Positions 29,086-38,287 of a stretch of DNA of 64,000 nt are shown piece after piece. Made by a program: the position numbers and the translations under genes. A model generated the notes under the pieces. That model was not told where the DNA came from, searched no databases, and saw only the letters and a program-made list of their open reading frames with translations. Source of the DNA: an uncultured Gammaproteobacteria bacterium (GTDB taxonomy: Bacteria; Patescibacteriota; Patescibacteriia; Magasanikbacterales; GWA2-37-8); assembly GCA_964619625.1 (NCBI GenBank), contig CAZUFD010000001.1, positions 59,316 through 123,315 on the forward strand. The letters are read 5' to 3'. Numbering within the stretch: the stretch's first letter is position 1; the number at the start of each line of letters is the position of its first letter.

Positions 29086-30096
29086 ATGTCGGTATATCCA
29101 AATTTTAAAAATTTATCTCCTGCGGAACTTGAGCAAGAAGAATTAAGATTTAATTCTAAAATTAGTAATGCGGAATTAGCCGATGAGGCGTGGGAACAGC
29201 TCGCTAATTTATTTGATCAAAATTCAGATTTGAAACAGGCCTATAGGGTTTCTTATTGGAGATGGTTTGTGATATTAAGCTGGCAAAAAGTATACGCGGT
29301 TTCTCCGGAGATGCTGCTACTCATGATGAAAGACCAAGTTCCTGCGGCAATATTTTCTAATGTTGACGTACTTGAGGTACTTCTGCGGTATTTGGCTCAA
29401 AATTTTTATTCTCGAGATGATGCCGGTATTTTTATTAATAAATTAAAATCAGAATTTTTCGGATCGGAAATGGTTTTTGGAGACTGGCAAGGACAAAACA
29501 TTAAAATAAAAGATATTATTTCCGAATATTTTTTATTGAATAAAAGAGGCGCTGACTCAATAGAGACCGCGGAATTTATCAATAAATTAAGACAGTTGAT
29601 GTTTCCAAAAGATGCGTTATCATATGCTTATGTAGACCCAGATGAAGGGGTAAACAGATTTTTGGCTTTGATTAATTTTTTTCAAGATATAGATGATGAT
29701 AAGAAAATTCGTGACGTGTTAAATATGTTTTTGCTTCCCGAGAATGCCCCTGGCATTATTCAGGGAGAAAATGCTAATGAAAGCCTAGAATCAACAGCGG
29801 AAGAAACTGGGCCAGTGCCTCAACCAGCTACAGAAGAAAAAACTGAAGTTGAAAAAAATATTGTGCAACCTAGCTATCAAAAAATCCCAGCAGTAGAGCC
29901 GCAAGCTCGGCTCACAGCGGAACAGGTAAAATCCCAAATAGAAAAAGAATTTAAAAAAGACGCGGAAGGAAACTTTGAAAATATAGAAGGTGTCATGCAA
30001 AAACTGGCTGAATTATCGGAAAAATATAATGATCCTAGAGTTGCGGACATGTTGTATTTTGACGAAGAGTCAAATCAATTTAAGTGGAGCGTGTAA
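29086..30096 (+). CDS. Hypothetical soluble protein in the T4SS-like cluster
   Basis: ORF with tight spacing to its neighbours. No recognisable motifs. Confidence 0.45.
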   Translation: MSVYPNFKNLSPAELEQEELRFNSKISNAELADEAWEQLANLFDQNSDLKQAYRVSYWRWFVILSWQKVYAVSPEMLLLMMKDQVPAAIFSNVDVLEVLLRYLAQNFYSRDDAGIFINKLKSEFFGSEMVFGDWQGQNIKIKDIISEYFLLNKRGADSIETAEFINKLRQLMFPKDALSYAYVDPDEGVNRFLALINFFQDIDDDKKIRDVLNMFLLPENAPGIIQGENANESLESTAEETGPVPQPATEEKTEVEKNIVQPSYQKIPAVEPQARLTAEQVKSQIEKEFKKDAEGNFENIEGVMQKLAELSEKYNDPRVADMLYFDEESNQFKWSV

Positions 30097-30105
30097 CATG
30101 CATAT

Positions 30106-31299
30106 ATGGCCGAGCCAATGATTACAATTAAGAAGCCGGACGGAACTTTTACCAAAGTTCCGCTTAGTGAATTTAAAAAAATGCAGGCAAAACCTGCGCC
30201 AAGTCCTGCGGCTGCGTCTGTCCCGGCAGTTGAAATAAAAAAACAAATGGAAGCAGCAATTGAACCTGTTAAGAAAGAACCGGAAGTTGAAACACATAAG
30301 CCGCTCGCATCTCATGTTCATCGTGCGCATGCTGCTCACGCGGCATCTAAACATCCGGTAGAAATTAAAAAACATACATCCGCGCATCACGCAACTCACG
30401 CTCATAAAAAATTAACTCGTGAAGATGCCAAATCTCCGTTGGAGGAAAAGATGCCGGTAAAAACTGACGCGCCTATGGTGAGCGCTAAACGTGACGATCA
30501 GGTAGAGGAAGTGATCAGGAAAATTGGTTTTGGGGTGGCGCCGGATTTGCAAGGCAGATTGAAAAGTCTGATTCTGGCCAAGTTAAAAGATATAAAAAGT
30601 GAAGATGAGATGCGAGATATGCTTTTGCGTCCGGTAAAAAATAGCGGCTTGGGATTATCCGAAGGACAGGTAGAAAAAATTATTAAATTGTGTCGAGAAG
30701 TATTGGGAGCTAATGCTGCAAAAGCTGCAAGTGATAATGCGCAGACGCCAATTTTGAAAGGCAAATCCAGCGGCATGGCACTTATGGTAGAACCGCCCGA
30801 ATTACCAATGGTGATACCTGTAAAAAGCAGCTTTTCTGTGAAAAATTCCACTCCGCCGGTAGCGCCCAACAAATCCGCAACCGATACCATTGTTTCAAAG
30901 ATAATAAAGGAAAACATGGTTGACGAGCCGATGTTTAAAATTAGCAATAAGCCCGCAGTCAGACAAGTAGTACAAGATATTTCCGTTCCGGATATGGAAA
31001 TGGGACCGGTGGAAGAGTTTAAATCAATAACTATCACTGAATTTAGAAGATTGTCCAGCAATCCGGAAGAAGCGGCCAAACGACTATATCAAAAAATGTC
31101 CAATTTGCAAGAAGAATCATTCGTGTGGTATTTGGATGCAGTCGCGGCATATCATAACTCGCCGCTATATTTGGAATATATGTCGGTGGTAAGCCAGTCG
31201 CTGGCGGAAAGAAAATCACTGGCGAATGTACTTGCGGCAAAAAATGGTATAAAATTAAATGAGATGATGGCAATTATTGAAATGGAAAAAATGTTATAA
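30106..31299 (+). CDS. Hypothetical protein with a His/Ala-rich segment
   Basis: HVHRAHAAHAASKHP...HTSAHHATHAHKK. The rest is unrecognised. Confidence 0.45.
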   Translation: MAEPMITIKKPDGTFTKVPLSEFKKMQAKPAPSPAAASVPAVEIKKQMEAAIEPVKKEPEVETHKPLASHVHRAHAAHAASKHPVEIKKHTSAHHATHAHKKLTREDAKSPLEEKMPVKTDAPMVSAKRDDQVEEVIRKIGFGVAPDLQGRLKSLILAKLKDIKSEDEMRDMLLRPVKNSGLGLSEGQVEKIIKLCREVLGANAAKAASDNAQTPILKGKSSGMALMVEPPELPMVIPVKSSFSVKNSTPPVAPNKSATDTIVSKIIKENMVDEPMFKISNKPAVRQVVQDISVPDMEMGPVEEFKSITITEFRRLSSNPEEAAKRLYQKMSNLQEESFVWYLDAVAAYHNSPLYLEYMSVVSQSLAERKSLANVLAAKNGIKLNEMMAIIEMEKML

Positions 31300-31306
31300 T
31301 ATTAAT

Positions 31307-31741
31307 ATGGATCAATTTGTCGTGCCACAATTTATAGAAGTAGAAGATAAGATTTTTGGTCCAATTACGACCAGACAGTTTATTATTTTACTTGTGGCCG
31401 CTTTGATTTTATTTATCACTTTCAAATTAGCGGATACGGCCCTGTTTATTTTTTTGGCTGCGCTTATTGGCGGGTTGGCGCTAATTATCGCGTTTGTAAA
31501 AATAAACGGCCAGCCGTTTCATTATTTTTTACTAAATCTAGTTCAAACCGTTCGCCGCCCCAGTCGTAGGATTTGGTACAAAGATTTTACTAAGGCCGAA
31601 CTAACGGAATCAATTAAATCCGGAAAAATAGAGGTCGTAGAAGCCGTAAAAGAAGTGCCAAAAATGTCATATAGCCGTATTCGCGATCTGTCTCTTATTG
31701 TAAACACTGGCGGTTATTATAGTGGAAGCGAGCGAGAATAA
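31307..31741 (+). CDS. PrgI/VirB3-like small two-TM protein of Gram-positive-type T4SS
   Basis: Start chosen at MDQFVVPQFIEVEDKIFGPITTRQFIILL. Two TM helices, lying directly upstream of VirB4 as in the prgI-prgJ arrangement. Confidence 0.5.
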   Translation: MDQFVVPQFIEVEDKIFGPITTRQFIILLVAALILFITFKLADTALFIFLAALIGGLALIIAFVKINGQPFHYFLLNLVQTVRRPSRRIWYKDFTKAELTESIKSGKIEVVEAVKEVPKMSYSRIRDLSLIVNTGGYYSGSERE

Positions 31742-31815
31742 TACATTATGTATAATGTATTATCGAGCGAACGACACTATATGCGGCCTTTAGGCCCATA
31801 TAGCCAGCGAGCATG
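31741..31815 (+). repeat. Intergenic bipartite-hairpin repeat, copy E. It starts at the stop codon of the upstream gene.
   Basis: ATACATTAT-gt-ATAATGTAT hairpin, then GAGCGAACGAC, then CTATATGCGGCC-TTTA-GGCCCATATAG hairpin. Confidence 0.6.
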
Positions 31816-31832
31816 AATAGTAAATAATACAT

Positions 31833-32510
31833 ATGGAAGAAAAGCCAAAGAAAAAGAAAATTAAAGTCCCCAGCGCTCAAAGCCATCTCCCGTTTGCGGA
31901 GGTGAAGTTTGATACGGTAATCATGAAAGATGGAACATTGCGGGCGGTGCTTATGGTGTCCAGTATAAATTTTGCTTTAAAGAACGAAGATGAGCAAAAC
32001 GCGATTATTTCTTCGTATGTTTCTTTTTTGAATGGCATTGATTTTCCGCTGCAGATTGTGGTGCAATCTCGGCAGCTATACATTAAACCATATTTGGAAA
32101 AGTTGTTAAAAAAAGAACGTGAACAAACCAATGAATTATTGCGCGTACAGATAGCCGATTACAGATCATTCGTATCCGAACTCGTAAGCCTGGGAAATAT
32201 TATGAGCAAACAATTCTTTGTAGTTGTTTCGTACGATCCGCTTTCCAACAGAAAAAAAGGTTTTTGGTCTAGAATTAAAGAGGTAGTTAATCCAGCCGTC
32301 ACTATAAAATTAAAAGATGAACGGTTTCAACTGCGCAAACACGATCTTGATATGAGGGTGCGCCAAATAGAATCGGGATTAACCAGCATGAATTTAGAAG
32401 TGGTCAGACTGGACACGCAATCATTGATAGAATTATTCTATTCCACCTATAATCCTGATATTGCGTTTAGCGAGCATTTGCCCCCCGTAAATGAACTAAG
32501 AGTGGAATAA
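31833..32510 (+). CDS. VirB4/TraE/PrgJ N-terminal domain fragment. It is in the same frame as the downstream ATPase ORF, separated by one TAA.
   Basis: LRAVLMVSSINFALKNEDEQNAIISSY matches the conserved N-terminal region of conjugative VirB4-family proteins. The stop at 32508-32510 is followed in frame by the ATG at 32523. Confidence 0.6.
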   Translation: MEEKPKKKKIKVPSAQSHLPFAEVKFDTVIMKDGTLRAVLMVSSINFALKNEDEQNAIISSYVSFLNGIDFPLQIVVQSRQLYIKPYLEKLLKKEREQTNELLRVQIADYRSFVSELVSLGNIMSKQFFVVVSYDPLSNRKKGFWSRIKEVVNPAVTIKLKDERFQLRKHDLDMRVRQIESGLTSMNLEVVRLDTQSLIELFYSTYNPDIAFSEHLPPVNELRVE

Positions 32511-32522
32511 TTTAAGAATTAT

Positions 32523-34394
32523 ATGGCTTTTAAACCAAAATTTGCTACCGGATCATTTTCCAAACAGAAGGGGCCTTTGACTAGCAAGGAAGAAGAGATC
32601 AGTAAAAAATCCGGTGAGGAACTTGTAACCCTGGAAGAAGAAAGGGTATATCGTGAAGGCACGGTTTCCATTAAGGATTTGCTTGCGCCTTCGGCTTTTA
32701 ATGTTGAATCAAATTTTGTAAAGTTAGGCGATATATTTTGCCGGACGATTTTTGTTGTAACGTACCCGAGGTATATTTCCATCGGCTGGAGTTCGCCGGT
32801 ATTAAATTTATCCATCACGATGGATGTGGGAATGTTTTTCTATCCCGTAAAATCCGCCATTATTTTAAAACAGTTAAAAAATAAAGTCGGCGCCTTGGAA
32901 GCGCAGCTTAACGCGGATTCGGAAAAAGGCGCGCCGCGCGACCCGGTGCGTGAAACGGCTTTGCGTGATATTGAACAGTTGCGTGATGATCTAACTCAAG
33001 GTATTGAACACTTTTTCCAATTCTCATTTTACGTAACCCTTTACGCCAAAAGCAAAGAAGAGCTTGACCAAACTTCGGAAGACGTGGAAAATATTTTTGG
33101 CTCCAAACTTATTACCAGCCGTAAAGTTTTATATCAGGCTGAGCAGGGTTTTAATTCCACTTTGCCGCTGGCCAATGACGAACTGATGATTTCATTTAAC
33201 TTAAATTCTTCGCCGATTGCCGCGTCTTTTCCATTTACTTCCGCCGAACTTACTTCCGATGATGGTATTTTGTATGGCGTCAATCGCCACAATAACAGTC
33301 TTATTTTGTTTGATAGATTTTCTTTACAGAATGCCAATATGGCCGTGTTTGCGACCTCCGGTGCCGGTAAAAGTTACGCGATTAAATTGGAAATTTTGCG
33401 CAGTATGATGATGGGGGTTGATGTTATCGTAATTGACCCGGAAATGGAATATAAACATTTGGCCGATGCCGTGGGCGGAACCTATATAAACATTTCTCTT
33501 TCTTCCGAAGCCAAAGTAAATCCGTTTGATTTGCCTAGACCAACCGGCGGAGAAGATTTTTCCACCGAAGATATTATTCGCGGCGCCGTTATAACCGTAA
33601 AAGGTTTGCTTCGTATCATGCTTGGCAATCTTACCACGGAGCAGGATTCTATTATAGACAGAGCGCTTATTGAAACATACGCTAAAAAAGATATTACGCC
33701 CGAAGCGGATTTGGCTGTAGTTCAGGCGCCGATAGTGCAAGATTTGCAAGAAATTTTGGAAGGCATGGAAGGCTCCGGAGATTTGGTATTAAGACTTAAA
33801 AAATATACCGAAGGTACGTTTAGCGGGCTCTTCAACGCTCCAACCAATGTGGACATGAAAAATCAACTCGTGGTATTTAGCGTGCGTGATTTAGAAGACG
33901 AGCTTCGTCCGATGGCTATATACGCGATTGTTAACTATATTTGGAATGTTGTACGTTCGGAACGAAAGAAGAGAATTTTGGTAATTGATGAGGCATGGTG
34001 GCTGATGCAGCACGAAGATAGCGCGCGGTTTATTTTTGCCTTGGTTAAGCGCGCCCGCAAATATTATTTAGGAGTTACAACCATTACCCAGGATGTAAAT
34101 GACTTTTTAAAATCACAGTACGGTCAGGCTATAGTTACAAACTCCGCTTTGCAGCTCTTGCTCCGCCAGTCACCGGCGGCCATTGATTTGGTGCAAAAAG
34201 TTTTTATCCTTACCGAAGGCGAAAAATATTTACTCTTAGAGAGTGGAGTAGGGGAAGGGATATTTTTCGCCGGTAATAAGCATGCGGCTATAAAGGTGGT
34301 AGCTTCGTATACCGAAGATCAGCTCGTAACCACCAACCCGGAGCAGCTCTTAGAAATAGAAAGGTCTAAAAAAGAATTTGAAAAACAAATATAA
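32523..34394 (+). CDS. virB4: Type IV secretion ATPase VirB4/TrbE/CagE family (central and C-terminal ATPase domains)
   Basis: Walker A ATSGAGKSYAIKLE, Walker B ILVIDEAWWLM, and the YPRYISIGW region typical of VirB4. Confidence 0.8.
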   Translation: MAFKPKFATGSFSKQKGPLTSKEEEISKKSGEELVTLEEERVYREGTVSIKDLLAPSAFNVESNFVKLGDIFCRTIFVVTYPRYISIGWSSPVLNLSITMDVGMFFYPVKSAIILKQLKNKVGALEAQLNADSEKGAPRDPVRETALRDIEQLRDDLTQGIEHFFQFSFYVTLYAKSKEELDQTSEDVENIFGSKLITSRKVLYQAEQGFNSTLPLANDELMISFNLNSSPIAASFPFTSAELTSDDGILYGVNRHNNSLILFDRFSLQNANMAVFATSGAGKSYAIKLEILRSMMMGVDVIVIDPEMEYKHLADAVGGTYINISLSSEAKVNPFDLPRPTGGEDFSTEDIIRGAVITVKGLLRIMLGNLTTEQDSIIDRALIETYAKKDITPEADLAVVQAPIVQDLQEILEGMEGSGDLVLRLKKYTEGTFSGLFNAPTNVDMKNQLVVFSVRDLEDELRPMAIYAIVNYIWNVVRSERKKRILVIDEAWWLMQHEDSARFIFALVKRARKYYLGVTTITQDVNDFLKSQYGQAIVTNSALQLLLRQSPAAIDLVQKVFILTEGEKYLLLESGVGEGIFFAGNKHAAIKVVASYTEDQLVTTNPEQLLEIERSKKEFEKQI

Positions 34395-34420
34395 TAGAAA
34401 TTAGAATTTAATAAAAATGT

Positions 34421-35002
34421 ATGTCACTTCGCGCTCGTATTTTCATTATTATCAGTGTTATAATGCTTCTGGTTTTAGCGGTAAGCATATTCTTAATCGT
34501 AAGAAACAAAAATAAAAAAACCGAAAATGCAAATCCGACAACTGCCACCACCAGCACAAGTAATAATACTCAGTCGGGCAGTCAGGTCGTGGTAGATGGC
34601 CAGCTACCAGCCGGACTAACGGCCCGAACGCCAACCTCGCTAGAGGTGGAAAAAAATAGCGTAGAGCAGCTCGCTAAAATTTTTGTAGAGCGATACGGAT
34701 CGTATTCTACGGATAATGAATTTCAAAATATTAAAGAATCAGAATCGTTGGTTACAAAGTCGTTATGGACAAAAATCAGCGCCGGTATGAACATAAAGCC
34801 CGGTAAAGATTTTGTAGGCGTTACCACTAAAGTGATTAGCGCAAGTATTGCCGATTGGACAGCTAGTAAAGCTACAGTACAGTTGCGACTCATGAGAGAA
34901 GAAAATAAAAATGGCGTAGTGTCTACTCGTTATCAAAATGCAACCGTGGAGATGGTTAAACAAGGTAATGTATGGTTGGCAAACGCGCTCGTTTGGAATT
35001 AA
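34421..35002 (+). CDS. Hypothetical membrane-anchored protein. Its size and position are compatible with a VirB8-like component, but this is speculative.
   Basis: N-terminal TM helix plus a roughly 150-aa extracytoplasmic domain. Confidence 0.4.
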   Translation: MSLRARIFIIISVIMLLVLAVSIFLIVRNKNKKTENANPTTATTSTSNNTQSGSQVVVDGQLPAGLTARTPTSLEVEKNSVEQLAKIFVERYGSYSTDNEFQNIKESESLVTKSLWTKISAGMNIKPGKDFVGVTTKVISASIADWTASKATVQLRLMREENKNGVVSTRYQNATVEMVKQGNVWLANALVWN

Positions 35003-35637
35003 TTAAAGGCTGGGTAAAAGACTGTCTCTTTCCCAAATTTTGTGTCGGTTGCAAAGCAGAAGATCTGTGGTTATGCGATGGTTGCGCTGGTAAAATTATC
35101 AAGATAAAAAATACTTCTTCTTCGGAAAGTAAGGCCCTGGCCCATATTGATGGGGTGGCGGCCTTATTTGATTATGGCGAAAATATAGTTTCAGAATTGA
35201 TTAAACTGTTTAAGTATAATTATATAACAGAACTTACGGAAGTATTTAGAAAAATTGTTAATGATATTAATGTAGAGTTTGATAATAAAAATTTTGTGAT
35301 TATGCCCGTACCGCTGCATCCGCGCCGCCAGCGGGAAAGAGGGTTTAATCAGTCTGAAATTTTGGCAGAAATTTTTGCTGAAAAATTACATTTGCAAGTA
35401 AATAAGGATTTGCGCCGCGTTATTTATACGCAGCAGCAAGCGGCACTATCGGCCGAAAAGCGGTTGGTTAATTTAAAAGATGCCTTTGCTTTTGATGCTG
35501 TGGGGCAAGCAGTTCCGGAGAGAGTTTTATTGGTAGATGATGTATTTACGACTGGAGCCACGATGAGCGAGTGTGCCAAGGCGCTGAAAAATAAAGGAGT
35601 AAAGACTGTTTGTTGTTTAGCGCTGGCTAAAGGCTGA
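34972..35637 (+). CDS. comFC: ComF family protein (ComFC), a phosphoribosyltransferase-type competence protein
   Basis: N-terminal CxxC...CxxC zinc finger (CVGCKAEDLWLCDGC) and the PRTase motif VLLVDDVFTTGATM. Confidence 0.75.
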   Translation: MVGKRARLELIKGWVKDCLFPKFCVGCKAEDLWLCDGCAGKIIKIKNTSSSESKALAHIDGVAALFDYGENIVSELIKLFKYNYITELTEVFRKIVNDINVEFDNKNFVIMPVPLHPRRQRERGFNQSEILAEIFAEKLHLQVNKDLRRVIYTQQQAALSAEKRLVNLKDAFAFDAVGQAVPERVLLVDDVFTTGATMSECAKALKNKGVKTVCCLALAKG

Positions 35638-35641
35638 GGCT

Positions 35642-35974
35642 TTAAAAAGGCAGTAGGGCGCGAGCGTCAGGATTCATCCTATCTATTGTCCATATTGGAT
35701 CCCATACCAAATCTACCACAACCTTTTTTACTTTGGGTAATTTTTTCATTTCTTCTTTTATTTGTTCAATAAGACTGGCGCCATACGGACACCCCATGCT
35801 GGTAAAAGTCATGGTAACAAGCGCTTGGCCATTTTTTATTTCTACGTTATAGATTAAACCCAATTCTACGATTCCCATACCCATTTCGGGATCAAAAATA
35901 GTATTGAGTATTTTCCAATATTCTTGGGTGCGTTTTTCCGGCGGCACGGGAATTATAGTTTTATTTTTGCTCAT
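35642..35974 (-). CDS. DUF59/MIP18-family Fe-S assembly protein (SufT-like)
   Basis: IFDPEMGMGIVELGLIY...TFTSMGCP is the DUF59 signature. It is the last gene of the suf operon. Confidence 0.65.
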   Translation of the reverse strand: MSKNKTIIPVPPEKRTQEYWKILNTIFDPEMGMGIVELGLIYNVEIKNGQALVTMTFTSMGCPYGASLIEQIKEEMKKLPKVKKVVVDLVWDPIWTIDRMNPDARALLPF

Positions 35975-36332
35975 ATATTTTTATAGCCTTTTGCAGGGCA
36001 TTTAATCCAAGCAGGGCGCATTTTAACCGAGCCGTGGTAATAGTAATGCCCAGTAGATCAAAAATATGTTTGGCTTTTATTTTTTTTAGAGACGAAATTT
36101 TTTTGCCTTCAGCGGCATCGGACAGAAGCGACATTGATGCTTGGCTAATAGCGCAGCCATTGCCTGCAAAACCAATTTTTTCTACAACATTATTTTTTAT
36201 TTTTAAATCAAGCTTAATCACGTCGCCGCAGAGCGGGTTGTGTTCGGTAGCAGTAACCGTGGCGTCACTAAGCGCGCCTGCGTGATGGGGGTGTTGGTAA
36301 TGATCAAGAATTGTTTCGGTATATATGTCCAC
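35961..36332 (-). CDS. sufU: SufU/IscU-like Fe-S cluster scaffold/sulfur-transfer protein
   Basis: PLCGDVIKL and GNGCAISQAS Cys motifs in the NifU-like N-terminal domain. Confidence 0.75.
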   Translation of the reverse strand: MDIYTETILDHYQHPHHAGALSDATVTATEHNPLCGDVIKLDLKIKNNVVEKIGFAGNGCAISQASMSLLSDAAEGKKISSLKKIKAKHIFDLLGITITTARLKCALLGLNALQKAIKIYEQK

Positions 36333-36333
36333 G

Positions 36334-37554
36334 TTATTTAATTTTAAAAGTTTTTAATACTTTCTTTAAAGCTTTTTCAGCCGTATCTATATCTTTTTTT
36401 GTATTATATATATAAAAACTCATGCGCGCGGTGCCATATACTCCCAGATAATTCATGAGCGGTTCAGCACAATGCAATCCGGAACGGATAGCTATGCCTT
36501 CGTTGTTAAATATCGTGGCAATGTCGTGCGGATGCACGCCGTCAATCGCAAAAGAGAGAACTCCACCGGCATCCTGAGGCTTGGAAGGAGAAAAAACTTT
36601 TACTTGCGGATAACGGCCCAGCATTTTTTTGGCATAGGCAAGTAGTTCTTGTTCGTGGGCCATAATTTTTTTAAATCCAATGTTGCTGAGATAATCTATA
36701 GCCGCGCCAAAGGCGATAACGCCCGCAATATTTGGCGTGCCGGCTTCAAATTTCCAAGGGCCGCTGCGATAGGTGGCAGATGTTGCTTTGACGGATTCTA
36801 CCATTTCGCCGCCATACATAAACGGCGTCATCTCTTCCATAAGAGATTGTTTTACATATAGTACGCCAACACCTGTCGGCCCAAGCATTTTGTGGGCGGA
36901 AAAAGCAAAAAAATCGCAATTTAAGTTACGGACATCGGTGGGCATATGTCCTACGCTTTGCGCGCCATCTACCATTACTTTGGCACCAACCGCATGCGCC
37001 AGAGCCGTCATTTTTTTAACCGGCACTATAGTCCCTGTTACATTAGATTGGGCAGTTAAGCAAACCAGTTTTGTTTTGGGTGTTAGCAGTTTCTTATACG
37101 CTTCTATATCTAAAGTATAATCGGCAGTTAAAGGAATGATATGTAAAACAGCCTGTTTATTTTTTGCCAGTTCTTGCCACGGCACTAAATTGGCATGGTG
37201 TTCTAAAGCGCTGACAATTATTTCGTCTCCGGCAGAAATATATTTCTGCCCCCAAGCCACAGCCGCGCAATTTATAGATTCAGTAGTATTTTTGGTAAAA
37301 ATTATCTCTTCTTCCGTACGCGCGCCAATAAAATCAGCAACCTTTTTTCTTACAGCTTCGTATTGTTCTGTTGCCTCTTCCGATAGTGCGTGGATACCGC
37401 GATGGATATTAGCGTTAGAAGTACTATAAAATTTTTCCAAAGATTTTAAAACAATTTTTGGTTTTTGGGTGGTGGAAGCATTATCAAGATAGACAAGAGG
37501 TTTGCCGTTGATTGTGCGTTTGAAGATAGGGAAGTCCTTTTTAATTTGCTGCAT
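36334..37554 (-). CDS. sufS: Cysteine desulfurase SufS (class V aminotransferase)
   Basis: The PLP-lysine region SAHKMLGPTGVG and the active-site region RSGLHCAEP. Start trimmed to MQQIKKDF to avoid an 80-nt overlap with sufD. Confidence 0.85.
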   Translation of the reverse strand: MQQIKKDFPIFKRTINGKPLVYLDNASTTQKPKIVLKSLEKFYSTSNANIHRGIHALSEEATEQYEAVRKKVADFIGARTEEEIIFTKNTTESINCAAVAWGQKYISAGDEIIVSALEHHANLVPWQELAKNKQAVLHIIPLTADYTLDIEAYKKLLTPKTKLVCLTAQSNVTGTIVPVKKMTALAHAVGAKVMVDGAQSVGHMPTDVRNLNCDFFAFSAHKMLGPTGVGVLYVKQSLMEEMTPFMYGGEMVESVKATSATYRSGPWKFEAGTPNIAGVIAFGAAIDYLSNIGFKKIMAHEQELLAYAKKMLGRYPQVKVFSPSKPQDAGGVLSFAIDGVHPHDIATIFNNEGIAIRSGLHCAEPLMNYLGVYGTARMSFYIYNTKKDIDTAEKALKKVLKTFKIK

Positions 37555-37558
37555 ACCT

Positions 37559-38281
37559 TTAACCAAGAAAATTATTAACCGCGGTACGAATAGTATCTTG
37601 AATCGTTGTGTCCGGTATATGTGCCAGTTCCGCTTCAAAAAATCCTTGCACTAAGAGTGATCTGGCGTGTGCTTCGGATAGTCCCCGCGAACAAAGATAA
37701 AATAAAGCTTCTTCGTCTATTTTCCCCACACTGGCGCTATGCCCGGCTTTTACGTCATCTGTTTTTATTTCCAAATTGGGCGAGGTTTTTGCCTTTGCCT
37801 CATCAGATAGTAATAGAGTGTGGTGAGAAAAATATGTATTCGCACCCCGTGCGTTTTTTTCAATCCGGCAATCTCCTTCAATGTGGCAGCTTGCCTGATC
37901 CGTGAGGCCGGCTCGGACCATGATTCTAATTTTAGTATGAGGAGCGCTGTGGCGAGCTTCTATCTTTGCTGAAAATGAATTGTTATTTTTTCCTAAGATG
38001 AAAAAAATACATTCGCATTTTGCTCCGCGTTCTTTGGCGTTAATAATAAAATTGTGCAAATCAGGCCAGCCTTCGGTGGCTAGACAAATCAAGGTTACAT
38101 CCGCATTTTTTTTCAAAGTAATCTGTCCGTGTGGAATTGTATTAAAAAAATACAAAGCCTGCCTGCCGCCGACAGTTAAAGATTTGGGAAATTTTGTCCC
38201 GATTTTGCTTTTGGCAAAATCGAGGATCCTCGATTCCGACTTTGAATCGGAATCGGGATAATTTAACTTTTTATTTTTCAT
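37559..38281 (-). CDS. sufD: Fe-S cluster assembly protein SufD (short form)
   Basis: A SufB/SufD beta-helix C-terminal region (HSASVGKIDEEALFYLCSRGLSEAHAR). Positioned between sufB and sufS. Confidence 0.6.
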   Translation of the reverse strand: MKNKKLNYPDSDSKSESRILDFAKSKIGTKFPKSLTVGGRQALYFFNTIPHGQITLKKNADVTLICLATEGWPDLHNFIINAKERGAKCECIFFILGKNNNSFSAKIEARHSAPHTKIRIMVRAGLTDQASCHIEGDCRIEKNARGANTYFSHHTLLLSDEAKAKTSPNLEIKTDDVKAGHSASVGKIDEEALFYLCSRGLSEAHARSLLVQGFFEAELAHIPDTTIQDTIRTAVNNFLG

Positions 38282-38287
38282 ATTAGT

